From positions 5,274-69,273 of the forward strand of contig JAPOVT010000049.1 in assembly GCA_026708015.1 (NCBI GenBank): a stretch of 64,000 nucleotides of DNA. The letters are read 5' to 3'. Position 1 is the stretch's first letter. Every line of letters starts with the position of its first letter. Shown in pieces: positions 18,366-27,093 of the stretch. This stretch comes from a bacterium (GTDB lineage Bacteria; Actinomycetota; Acidimicrobiia; Acidimicrobiales; Bin134). Under the pieces are notes generated by a model. The model worked only from the letters and a program-made list of their open reading frames with translations. It ran no database searches and was not told where the DNA came from. A program made the position numbers and the translations under genes.

Positions 18366-18447
18366 CCTTGCTCGGTTAGTTGTCTTGACGGCACACATCC
18401 CGAGGTATGGGATGGTCACGTAATGGATCGGGTGGAAGCGATTGGGA

Positions 18448-19251
18448 TCAGTCCCTAATGGGCCAGCGTTCGGCGGTGGTGTTGGGGGCGGGCCAGGCGT
18501 CGGCGTTGAGGGCGGCGTCGCTGCCACCGTCCATGAACACCACCGAGCCGCAGAAAAAGCTGGCGTCAGGCGACAGCAGGAAGGCCAGAAGGTTGGCCAC
18601 CTCGGCAGGGCGTCCGGGACGGTTCTGAGGGATGGGGTAGACATCGCCCAGGTTCATGATCATGTCGATGTTGTCGGCCACCAACGGGGTGTCGATGAGC
18701 CCGGGGGCTACTGCGTTCAACCGGATGCCCGAACCGATCCAATCGGCGCCGATGGCGGTGCGGCGGACCCACCGGGCCAGGGCCAGTTTGCTGGTGGCGT
18801 AAGCCGTTCCCGGATCGGAGCCGGCCAGCTCTCTGGCTTGGGTCTCGTCGTCGTTGAGGCAGGCCTCGACCAGCCCATCGGGCAGGGCGACCAAAGTGGT
18901 ACTGGAGTTGGAGCTGATGGCCACTGCCGAAGAGTCGGTGCCCTGGGCCAACAAGGGGCGCAGTCCCTCCACGGTGGCCAGCGCACCGAAGTAGTTGATC
19001 GAAACCACTTGCTGAGGATCGGGCCCTGTGATCCCCGCTCCGGCCACCAGTCCGTCGATCCGGCCTCCGCTGGCTGCGGCCACCGCGCCGATCATCTCGG
19101 TGCGCCCCTCAGGAGTGGACAGATCGGCGATGACCTCGGCATCCCGTATGTCCACCCCGATCACCTCATGGCCGTCGCGGGCAAGCCGCTCCCTAGTGGC
19201 TTGGCCGATTCCGCCTGCTGATCCGGTGATGACAATCGTTCCCATGGGCAC
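18448..19251 (-). CDS. short-chain dehydrogenase/reductase (3-alpha-HSD-like SDR)
   Basis: 267 aa with TGSAGGIGQA cofactor motif and YATSKLAL catalytic YxxxK. Confidence 0.85.
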   Translation of the reverse strand: MPMGTIVITGSAGGIGQATRERLARDGHEVIGVDIRDAEVIADLSTPEGRTEMIGAVAAASGGRIDGLVAGAGITGPDPQQVVSINYFGALATVEGLRPLLAQGTDSSAVAISSNSSTTLVALPDGLVEACLNDDETQARELAGSDPGTAYATSKLALARWVRRTAIGADWIGSGIRLNAVAPGLIDTPLVADNIDMIMNLGDVYPIPQNRPGRPAEVANLLAFLLSPDASFFCGSVVFMDGGSDAALNADAWPAPNTTAERWPIRD

Positions 19252-19343
19252 TTATCCTTAGCAGGCTCCTGCGGTACCTTCCATATTCTCATTTTCCTTG
19301 TGAATAAATTGTATTCATAAGATGAATAGATATGATTTAACCC

Positions 19344-20567
19344 ATGGACGGAATCGCTCTGCCCCGTCTCGCCGCTTCGAGCCTGGTCGACCGGCTGGAG
19401 GTCATGCCAGCGGTGGTAGTTACCGGCGCACGCCAATCGGGAAAGAGCACTCTTGTCCAGGAACTTATCCCTGGCACTCGACGCTATTTCACCCTTGACG
19501 ACCTCGATGTGATCGATGTGATCCGCAGCGATCCCGCCGCTCTGGTAGGCGGTAACCAGCCGACGGCCATCGATGAGGTGCAACGGGCACCCGAACTGCT
19601 TCATGAGATCAAGAAAGCCATCGATCGCGACCGCAAGCCGGGACAATTCCTATTGACCGGCTCAGCCAACCTGTTGTTGATGAGCCAGGTATCAGAGTCA
19701 TTGGCCGGAAGGGCCAGCTATCTGACGCTGGGGCCGATGACCCGCCGGGAGCAAATGGGCCTGGGTCGAGGTGGCGTTTGGGAGGAGTTGTTCAGCACCC
19801 CGGGTGAGGAATGGCTTGATCTGGTGGTTGCTCAACCCGGTAGCCGCGAGGATTGGCGCGCCCTTTGCCGACGGGGCGGATTTCCCCAGCCGGCGGTGCA
19901 TCTGGAAACTGCTGAGGAGCGGGCCATCTGGTTTGACGGCTACGTCAGGACCTACCTGGAGCGCGACTTGAGAGACCTCTCCTCGATATCGTCGCTCCCC
20001 GACTTCCGACGGTTGATGCGGGCCGCCTGCCACCGTGTGGGCCAGATTCTCAATCAGGTGGAATTGGGCCGCGACGTCGCACTGTCTCAGTCGACGGCTC
20101 ACCGGTATCTCAATCTGCTGGAGACTTCATACTTGTTGGTACGGCTTCCGGCATTTGCGGTGAACCGAACCAAGCGGCTCGTCAAGTCGCCCAAGCTCTA
20201 TTGGGGAGATATCGGATTGGCGCTTCATCTGGCCCAGACATCCGAGCCCGAAGGCGCCCACCTGGAAAACTTGGTGCTCTGCGACGTGCTGGCTTGGCGC
20301 GACGCACGAATCAACCAGGCCGATGTGTTCTATTGGCGAACGAGGACGGGGGAGGAGGTGGATTTGGTGATCGAGGTCGCCGACCGCCTGATTCCCATAG
20401 AGATCAAAGCCACCGAACGCCCTCGCCTCGGCGACGCCGCCCACCTGCGAGCGTTCCGAACCGAATATGGCGACCGGTCCGGCCCCGGCTTGCTCCTCCA
20501 TACCGGATCAACCATGGAATGGCTCACTCCCAACGTGCTTGCCGCCCCCTGGTGGAAGGTGATGTGA
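19344..20567 (+). CDS. AAA-type ATPase with C-terminal DUF4143-like domain
   Basis: 407 aa. Walker A is GARQSGKST. Overall similar to COG1373-type ATP-binding proteins. Confidence 0.7.
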   Translation: MDGIALPRLAASSLVDRLEVMPAVVVTGARQSGKSTLVQELIPGTRRYFTLDDLDVIDVIRSDPAALVGGNQPTAIDEVQRAPELLHEIKKAIDRDRKPGQFLLTGSANLLLMSQVSESLAGRASYLTLGPMTRREQMGLGRGGVWEELFSTPGEEWLDLVVAQPGSREDWRALCRRGGFPQPAVHLETAEERAIWFDGYVRTYLERDLRDLSSISSLPDFRRLMRAACHRVGQILNQVELGRDVALSQSTAHRYLNLLETSYLLVRLPAFAVNRTKRLVKSPKLYWGDIGLALHLAQTSEPEGAHLENLVLCDVLAWRDARINQADVFYWRTRTGEEVDLVIEVADRLIPIEIKATERPRLGDAAHLRAFRTEYGDRSGPGLLLHTGSTMEWLTPNVLAAPWWKVM

Positions 20568-20584
20568 CCCGCTGAGCCCTAGTT

Positions 20585-21445
20585 CTAAGCGGGGTCTAGG
20601 GGTTCCCATTGGGGCTCGCGTTTTTCGGCGAAGGCGGCGGGGCCCTCGATCTGGTCGGGGTGGCCCCATATGCCGGTCATGTGGAAGGCGCCGGTCTTGC
20701 TGGCCTCGGTGAGCCCGTGTTCCATGGCATCCCATAGGGCCTTCTTGGTGGCGGCCATGGCTGAGGGGGAGTTGCGGGCGATGGCTTCGGCGATCTCGCC
20801 AGCCCGCTTTCGCAGGCGCTCGGGCGGACCGACGATTTCGCTGATCATGCCCAGCTCGTAGGCCCGCTGGGCGCTCATTCGCTCGTGGGCACCCATCAAC
20901 GCCATGCGCATGACTGTTTCGGCGGGCATCTTCTTCAATAGCGCGATGGCCTCCAGTGCCACAACCTGTCCCACCGACACGTGGGGGTCGAAGAACTGGG
21001 CGTCGGAGGCCGCGATCACGATGTCGGCGTCGGCCACCCAATGGAAGCCGCCCCCGCAGCAGATACCGTTCACCGCGGTGATCACCGGCTTGCGCACCTT
21101 CTGGTGCCAAGAGGTGAAGTGCAGGTCGAATTTCTCCACCGACTCGCGATAGCGCTCCATGCCTTGGCCGTCGGTGGCTAGTTCCACCACGTCCACCCCG
21201 GTCTGGAAGGCCCGACCCTCCCCGGTGTGGACGATCACCCGCACCTCGGAGTCTCGATCCAGCTCCAGCCACGCCTCGGCGAACTCCTCTCGCATCTGGG
21301 AGTTCATGGCATTGAGCTGATCGGGGCGGTTGTTTATCAGCCATCCCACCCGGCCCTCGCGCTCCACGATCAGCGTTTCGTAGCCCATCTCGCCAGTCTG
21401 TCGCGGTACTCCCACCGATGCCCCGTCGTTGGGGAGGTCCATCAT
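20585..21445 (-). CDS. enoyl-CoA hydratase/isomerase family protein
   Basis: 286 aa. Crotonase fold motifs (VIVHTGEGRAFQTGVD, AVNGICCGGGFHW). Confidence 0.85.
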   Translation of the reverse strand: MMDLPNDGASVGVPRQTGEMGYETLIVEREGRVGWLINNRPDQLNAMNSQMREEFAEAWLELDRDSEVRVIVHTGEGRAFQTGVDVVELATDGQGMERYRESVEKFDLHFTSWHQKVRKPVITAVNGICCGGGFHWVADADIVIAASDAQFFDPHVSVGQVVALEAIALLKKMPAETVMRMALMGAHERMSAQRAYELGMISEIVGPPERLRKRAGEIAEAIARNSPSAMAATKKALWDAMEHGLTEASKTGAFHMTGIWGHPDQIEGPAAFAEKREPQWEPLDPA

Positions 21446-21481
21446 CTGCGATTTGGAATTTCTCCCCGTACATTTGGGGGT

Positions 21482-22348
21482 ATGAAACGGCTGATATCCC
21501 GCTTGTGGGGCTGGTTGAAGGCACTGTCGACCCGAGCCAAGGTGCTCATCGCCGTGGTGTTGGCCGCCCTGCTAGGCGTGCTGATCTGGCTGGTGTTCTT
21601 CTGGTTCGCCTTCCAGACCTATTTCATCGACGACAAGGTTGATGAGGCCGGACCGGTATTCGACAGCGGCGTGGTGGTTGGAACCCCGGCAGTCGAACCG
21701 GCCGCCCCCGAGTCAGATGTCCCCGAACCAGCCGCTCCCGATCTCACGGCTGGCGATCCCGGCACTCCGGCCGCAGAGGCGACAGCTGCGGTACCCGCCA
21801 CGACAGCTCCGGCGCCCGCCGCGACAGCCGCGGCCTCCGAGACCGATGCAGTCGAGACCGATACTGGCGCCCTGGCACCCGCCACGGGTCCCATGCCGGG
21901 CGACGAGTTGTCGGAGGAGCTCATCGCCGAGATGGACGATGCGATGGAAGAGATGGGCATGCCCGAGGAGCAACCGGTCGAGGAGACCATGCCTCCAATG
22001 CCCCAGGTAAGGGTGGAGGCATCCGGTGAGTTCATCAGCCGCAGCCACCCCACCCGTGGAACGGTTGAGGTGTTGGGCGACGGCACTGGCCAGCGATTCT
22101 TGCGGTTCGAGGACTTCAGGACCGACAACGGCCCCGACTTGAACGTCTATCTGAGCGCGGCTCCCCCCGACGCCCCGGTCGGCCAGTTTACCGACGTGTA
22201 TGTCGACCTCGGCGATCTGAAGGGGAACGTCGGCTCGCAGAACTACGAGATCCCCCGCGACCTCGATCTCGACCTCTACTCCACCGTGGTGATCTGGTGC
22301 GTGAGGTTCTCAGTGATATTCGGGGCCGCCGAGCTTGTACCTAACTGA
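21482..22348 (+). CDS. membrane-anchored DM13-domain protein
   Basis: I chose the start at MKRLISRLWGW.... It has a TM helix, an Ala/Pro/Glu-rich linker and a C-terminal DM13-like region GTVEVLGDGTGQRFLRFEDFRTDNGPDLNVYLS. The track start at 21227 overlaps the divergent gene. Confidence 0.65.
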   Translation: MKRLISRLWGWLKALSTRAKVLIAVVLAALLGVLIWLVFFWFAFQTYFIDDKVDEAGPVFDSGVVVGTPAVEPAAPESDVPEPAAPDLTAGDPGTPAAEATAAVPATTAPAPAATAAASETDAVETDTGALAPATGPMPGDELSEELIAEMDDAMEEMGMPEEQPVEETMPPMPQVRVEASGEFISRSHPTRGTVEVLGDGTGQRFLRFEDFRTDNGPDLNVYLSAAPPDAPVGQFTDVYVDLGDLKGNVGSQNYEIPRDLDLDLYSTVVIWCVRFSVIFGAAELVPN

Positions 22349-22370
22349 TTCTGGCTAGCCTGGTCCGGGC

Positions 22371-23180
22371 ATGAAGCCCTATCCAACGCCGCCCGAGGGG
22401 CTGCAAGTGGTCTCGGCGCCACTGATATTGACTCTGACACTCGACCGGCCTCAGCGCCGCAATGCGCTGACCGACGACATCGTTCTGGCTCTGATCGACA
22501 CGTTGGAAGCGGCCAGCGCCGATGAGGAGATCAGGGCGGTTCTGCTCAACGCCACCGGCGACAACTTTTGCAGCGGCTTCGACTTGGCCGGACGGGCGGG
22601 CGACGGAAACCGGCCCCGGCCGAGCAGCATCTCCCGGCGCATGCCGTATCTGGTGAACCGGCTCATCCCGGCGATGCTGGAAGTGCAGGTGCCCATTGTG
22701 TGCGCGGTGCGGGGATGGGCGGTGGGCCTGGGCCTCAGCCTGGCGCTGGCCTCCGATTTCGCGGTAGCGGCTGACGACGCCCGATTGCGGGCGCCGTTCA
22801 CCGCCATGGGCATCACCCCCGACAGCGGGACATCCTGGCTGCTGCCCCGGCTGGCCGGTGTGGCCCGGGCCAAGCAGATGCTCATGCTGGGCGAGGAGGT
22901 GTCCGGGGCCGAGGCCGCTGCTTGGGGGTTGATCCACCAGGCGACTTCACCCGGCAGGGTTGACGCCGAGGCCGCCGCTTTGGCTGGCCGACTGGCCAAC
23001 TCGGCCACTGTGGCCGTCGGGTTGGCCAAAATGCTCATCCACCGGAGCTCAGGACGCAGTCTGGAAGCTCACTTGGGCGACGAGGCGTTTGCCATGGAGC
23101 TATCGTCCCGCTCAGCCGACTTCCGGGAGTGGGCCGCGTCTCGCGAAGAGGGTCGCCCCCCCGGCTTCACCGGCCGGTAG
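22371..23180 (+). CDS. enoyl-CoA hydratase/isomerase family protein
   Basis: 269 aa. Crotonase motifs (GDNFCSGFDL, AVRGWAVGLGLSLAL). Confidence 0.85.
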   Translation: MKPYPTPPEGLQVVSAPLILTLTLDRPQRRNALTDDIVLALIDTLEAASADEEIRAVLLNATGDNFCSGFDLAGRAGDGNRPRPSSISRRMPYLVNRLIPAMLEVQVPIVCAVRGWAVGLGLSLALASDFAVAADDARLRAPFTAMGITPDSGTSWLLPRLAGVARAKQMLMLGEEVSGAEAAAWGLIHQATSPGRVDAEAAALAGRLANSATVAVGLAKMLIHRSSGRSLEAHLGDEAFAMELSSRSADFREWAASREEGRPPGFTGR

Positions 23181-23227
23181 TTCATTCTCAAACCGGCTTT
23201 TGGGATACCGTTAGGTAACCTGCGGGC

Positions 23228-23761
23228 ATGTTGGTATTGGATCCGACAGCATCTCCGCCGGCGGTTGACCCTGATCGGGGCCCCGACGCCGGTCCGCTGA
23301 CCGGCAAGCGGGTGGGCATCCGCTACGACCTCACCTGGCGCTCATTCTTGTGGACCACCGATGAGTGGGCCCGGAAGCTGGAGGCAGCCGGAGCCGAGGT
23401 GGTGCCGTGGTGCTCGGAGTCTCGCCAGGACGTCAAGCTCGAGGGCGCGGTGCTGGAAGAACTGGAGAGCTTTGCCACCGACGTCGACATCGCCATTGTC
23501 GGCTTGGGCAATTGAGGAAGCTGCACGTCCTGGACCGTCCACGACGCAGTTGCGGTGGCGGCCCAGGGCAAGACGGCGGTCGCCGTCGTAACCGAAGAGT
23601 TCGTGCCGCTGGCCGAGATCATGGCCCGCAACATGGAGCGGCCGGGCCTGCGGCTGTGCGTGCTGCCCTATCCGCTGGACACCCGTCCCGAACCAGAGGT
23701 GCGCCAGATCGCCCTAGATTTCTGGCAGCCGCTGTTGGATTCACTGGGAGTGCCCACGTAA
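23228..23761 (+). CDS. probable selenoprotein with U-G-S-C redox motif (UGA 23513-23515 read as Sec)
   Basis: Two track ORFs (23228-23515 and 23555-23761) are in one frame with no other stop. The sequence reads ...IAIVGLGN-TGA-GSCTSWTVHDA..., and a hairpin starts 6 nt after the UGA. Confidence 0.65.
23521..23549 (+). promoter_or_regulatory. candidate bacterial SECIS hairpin
   Basis: Hand fold: 21-23/47-49, 26-29/43-46 and 31-34/38-41 (last two digits of the 235xx coordinates) pair. There is a CA bulge, one C-C mismatch and a small apical loop CCG about 20 nt downstream of the UGA. Confidence 0.45.
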
Positions 23762-24808
23762 ATGGCGTCTGACGGCGGCGCCGTTCCCGACGGGCAGGTC
23801 GAGGCCCCAGACGACCCGACGGAGTTCATGGCCTGGGCGACGGCCCAAGGCTGGGGCGACGGCCTGCCGTTGATCCCGCCCACCCCCGAGGGGGTAGCTC
23901 GGTTCACTGCCGCCGCCGGTCGCCCAGCCGACTCGGTGCTGTTGGAAGTGCCGCCGGCCAATGCCTGGTGCACGGTGGAGAAATTGGCAATCAATGCCTG
24001 CATGGCCGGGGCCGCCCCCGAGGCCATGCCGCTGATGATGGCCGCGCTGGAGGCCATGGCCGAGCGACCGTTCGACCTGTTCGCCCTCAACACCACCACC
24101 AGCTCAGTGGTGCCCTGCCTGTTTGTGAACGGCCCGGCCCGCGACCGCCTGGACCTGCCCTATCAAGCCGGCTGTTTCGGCGGCGCCGCCGGGGCCGGAC
24201 CGGCCATCGGCCGGGCCATCCGGCTGGTCATGCGCAACGTGGGCGGCCAAGTGGCCGGTGAGACCTCCAAGTGTGTTTTGGGCCAGCCGGCCCGGGTGGT
24301 GGGTCTGGTGATGGGGGAGTGGGAGGAGCGTTCCCCGTGGCCGCCGCTGGCCGAGCGCCGGGGGGTGAGCGGTGACGCGGTGACCGTGTACGGCACCATC
24401 GGAACCATGGACATCGCAGACATCGCGGCCGACGACGGCCGTTCCCTGGCCTGGGTCATCGGCCAATCGCTGGCCTATGTGGGCACCAACGCCTACATCT
24501 CCCACTGGGGGGCCGAGGTCATGGTGGTGGTGCCCCCGCCGTGGGCGGACATGCTGGCCGCCGCCTATCCGACCATCGAAGACGTGCAAGAGGCCCTGTG
24601 GTCCAATGCCTGCCATCGGGTGGACGACTTTCCCGAGACCCATAAGAGGTGGTTGGCTGAGCGCGACCGGATCAGCCCCGACGGCACCGCCTACATCGTG
24701 GAGCAGCCCTCCGATGTGATCGTGATGTGCGCCGGCGGCCTGGGCAACCTCCACGCTGGCGGCCTCCACAACTTCGGCCCCACCCGGGCCATCACTCGGC
24801 CGTTCTGA
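23762..24808 (+). CDS. conserved hypothetical protein (348 aa), translationally coupled to the UGSC gene
   Basis: ATG immediately follows the upstream TAA (TAAATG). I recognise no family motif. Confidence 0.6.
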   Translation: MASDGGAVPDGQVEAPDDPTEFMAWATAQGWGDGLPLIPPTPEGVARFTAAAGRPADSVLLEVPPANAWCTVEKLAINACMAGAAPEAMPLMMAALEAMAERPFDLFALNTTTSSVVPCLFVNGPARDRLDLPYQAGCFGGAAGAGPAIGRAIRLVMRNVGGQVAGETSKCVLGQPARVVGLVMGEWEERSPWPPLAERRGVSGDAVTVYGTIGTMDIADIAADDGRSLAWVIGQSLAYVGTNAYISHWGAEVMVVVPPPWADMLAAAYPTIEDVQEALWSNACHRVDDFPETHKRWLAERDRISPDGTAYIVEQPSDVIVMCAGGLGNLHAGGLHNFGPTRAITRPF

Positions 24809-25458
24809 TGCCTGAGTCCGAGTCCATAGCGGTCACCGTGGTCGTGGTGGCCGGAGGCGACCACCCGACGCCTGAGGAGATTGCCCGTCTCCCCGCCGAC
24901 CCAGTAGTTGTGGCCGCCGACGCCGGCCTGGATCACGCCTTGGCCGCCGGGCTGACGGTGGCCGTAGCGGTCGGCGACATGGACTCGGTATCAACCGAAG
25001 CACTGGCCGCTGCCGAGGAGGCCGGAACCCGCATAGAGCGCCACCCCCCCGACAAAGACCAGACCGACTTGGAGTTAGCCCTCGAGTTGGCTGCCCGCCT
25101 GGCCGACCGGGTCATTGTCATCGGCGCCGGTGGCGGTCGCCTAGACCACCTCATCGGCAACCTGGCCGTGCTGGCCTCCCCCCAATGGTCCGGAGTCAAC
25201 ATCGAAGCCTGGCTAGGCAACGCTCAGGCCGTCGTCGTCCACGGCCACCGCACGCTCGACGTCGAACCCGGTGCCACCGTCTCCCTATTCGCCCTAGGCA
25301 GCCCCGCCCGAGTAACGACCACCGGGCTGAACTGGCCGCTGCACGACGAAATCTTGGACCCCCTCACCAGCCGAGGAGTAAGCAACCTCGTCACCGAACC
25401 CTTACCCCAACTCTCAGTTTCCGAAGGCGTGGTTGTAGCGATAATCCCTCACGGGTAG
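24808..25458 (+). CDS. thiamine pyrophosphokinase
   Basis: The start ATG overlaps the upstream TGA (TGATG). Shows VAADAGLDHA...GDMDS...PPDKDQTDLELAL...GAGGGRLDH, the typical TPK catalytic region. The track start at 24727 is too early. Confidence 0.7.
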   Translation: MPESESIAVTVVVVAGGDHPTPEEIARLPADPVVVAADAGLDHALAAGLTVAVAVGDMDSVSTEALAAAEEAGTRIERHPPDKDQTDLELALELAARLADRVIVIGAGGGRLDHLIGNLAVLASPQWSGVNIEAWLGNAQAVVVHGHRTLDVEPGATVSLFALGSPARVTTTGLNWPLHDEILDPLTSRGVSNLVTEPLPQLSVSEGVVVAIIPHG

Positions 25459-25551
25459 GCGGGGTGGGGGGTGGCGCCGGTGGCGGACCTGGCCGCACCG
25501 TCGGCCAGGCCGCTTCCGGTGACAGGACCCGCCGCCCCGCCGGTTGGACAA

Positions 25552-26025
25552 TCAGCCCGGCCGCTCTTTCGGGAACACCCGGTTGCCCTCGACTGCGATC
25601 CGCTGCCGCCGCAACCGCAGCGTGGCAATCCGCCACTGCCCATCGTCGCCCTTGCGATAGGTCTCCTCGTACCACCCCGTACCCCACATCTGCCCCACAC
25701 CACTCTCCGGCGGCCAGTCCAAGTGGTCCTCCATCGACCACACAGCAGAAGCAGTATCAGGCCCGTCGATGCTGATCTCGCTCATGTGCCCGTGGTGGGT
25801 GGTGATGATCGGGGCCAAGATGGGCTCCAAGTACACCCGGAAGGCCTTGTTGCCGGTGATGTCGGAGTCCTCGCCGGTGTCGTCGGGGGTGGAGATCACC
25901 ACGTCGTCACAGAATACGTCTTCCCACTCGTCCCACCGCTTCTGGTCCATCAACCGGAAGTAGCGGGCCTTGAGCTGGCGAATGGCCTCGATTTCCACCA
26001 AATCCTCAGGAGTCATGGCTGGCAC
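25552..26025 (-). CDS. SnoaL-like / NTF2-fold protein
   Basis: 157 aa. EIEAIRQLKARYFRLMDQKRWDEWEDVF is typical of the SnoaL_4 family. Confidence 0.65.
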   Translation of the reverse strand: MPAMTPEDLVEIEAIRQLKARYFRLMDQKRWDEWEDVFCDDVVISTPDDTGEDSDITGNKAFRVYLEPILAPIITTHHGHMSEISIDGPDTASAVWSMEDHLDWPPESGVGQMWGTGWYEETYRKGDDGQWRIATLRLRRQRIAVEGNRVFPKERPG

Positions 26026-26026
26026 G

Positions 26027-27037
26027 CTAGTCGGCTGAAACTCGCGCGAGCTGCTTGCCGATGTTCTTGCCCTCGAAGAGCCGAGCCAGGGCTTGGGGCA
26101 CGTTCTCGATGCCGTCCACCACGTCCACTCGGTAGCGGATACGACCGTCGCGTACCCACTGGGCCAGGATGGGGAGGGCCTCCCCGAAACGGTGGAAGTA
26201 GTCGGTGATGATCACGCCCTGCACCTTCAACCGCCGGAACAAGATATTGCGGAACAAACGGGGCGACCACCAGTCGCCCTCGGCGTTGTAGGTGGAGATC
26301 AATCCGCACAGCACCACCCGGGCATGGTTGTTCACCTGGCCCAGAACGGCGTCCATCACCTCGCCGCCCACATTCTCGAAGTCCACGTCGATCCCGTCAG
26401 GGCACGCCGCCCGGAACTGCTCCTCCAGGTTGCCGGCACGATGGTCCACGCAAGCGTCGAAGCCCAGTTCCTCGGTCACGAACCGGCACTTCTCCGGCCC
26501 GCCGGCCACCCCCACCACCCGGCAGCCCATGATCTTGCCGATCTGGCCCGCCACCGAGCCGGTGGCCCCGGCCGCGGCCGATACCACCAATGTCTCGCCC
26601 GGGCGGGGCTCGCCCAGGTCCAGCAGGCTCCAGTAGGCAGTCATGCCGGTAGGGCCGAGAACACTGGTGAACGCCTCCAGCGGCAGCCCCAACTCCATTG
26701 GGATGCGCTCGGCCCGGTCTAGCACCGAGTACTCCTCCCAGATCAGCCCACCGGTGACCACATCGCCCGGTTGGAACTCTGGATGGTGGGACTCGATCAC
26801 CGTGCCCCACGTCCGACCCCGCATGGGCTCACCCACCTCAATGGGGGGCATGTAGGCGTCGATGTCGCTCATCCAGATCCGATGGGTGGGGTCCATCGAC
26901 AGGAACTGGTTCCGCACCAGCAACTGGCCTTCACCCGGATTGTGCACCGCCAGCTCGGTCAACTCCAGGTCGTCAGCAGTGATGTCGCCCTGCGGTCGAG
27001 CCCGCAGAATCCACCGCCGGTTTCGCTCGCCGCTCAT
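26027..27037 (-). CDS. NADP-dependent medium-chain oxidoreductase (YncB/PTGR-like)
   Basis: I chose the start at ATG 27037 (MSGERNRRWIL...). Cofactor motif AAAGATGSVAGQIGK. Confidence 0.8.
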   Translation of the reverse strand: MSGERNRRWILRARPQGDITADDLELTELAVHNPGEGQLLVRNQFLSMDPTHRIWMSDIDAYMPPIEVGEPMRGRTWGTVIESHHPEFQPGDVVTGGLIWEEYSVLDRAERIPMELGLPLEAFTSVLGPTGMTAYWSLLDLGEPRPGETLVVSAAAGATGSVAGQIGKIMGCRVVGVAGGPEKCRFVTEELGFDACVDHRAGNLEEQFRAACPDGIDVDFENVGGEVMDAVLGQVNNHARVVLCGLISTYNAEGDWWSPRLFRNILFRRLKVQGVIITDYFHRFGEALPILAQWVRDGRIRYRVDVVDGIENVPQALARLFEGKNIGKQLARVSAD

Positions 27038-27093
27038 GTCGCTTCCCCTGTGGTCACCGGCACACCCTACGGTCTTATCACTAGCCTCAGCCC

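Noticed and set aside
20508-21524. A 338-aa minus-strand ORF and a 373-aa plus-strand ORF (21227-22348) overlapping the crotonase gene.
   Set aside because: The 338-aa ORF is an alternative frame with an Arg/Gly/Pro-rich translation. The crotonase frame (20585-21445) has family motifs. The plus-strand gene's credible start is at 21482 (MKRLIS..., TM helix).
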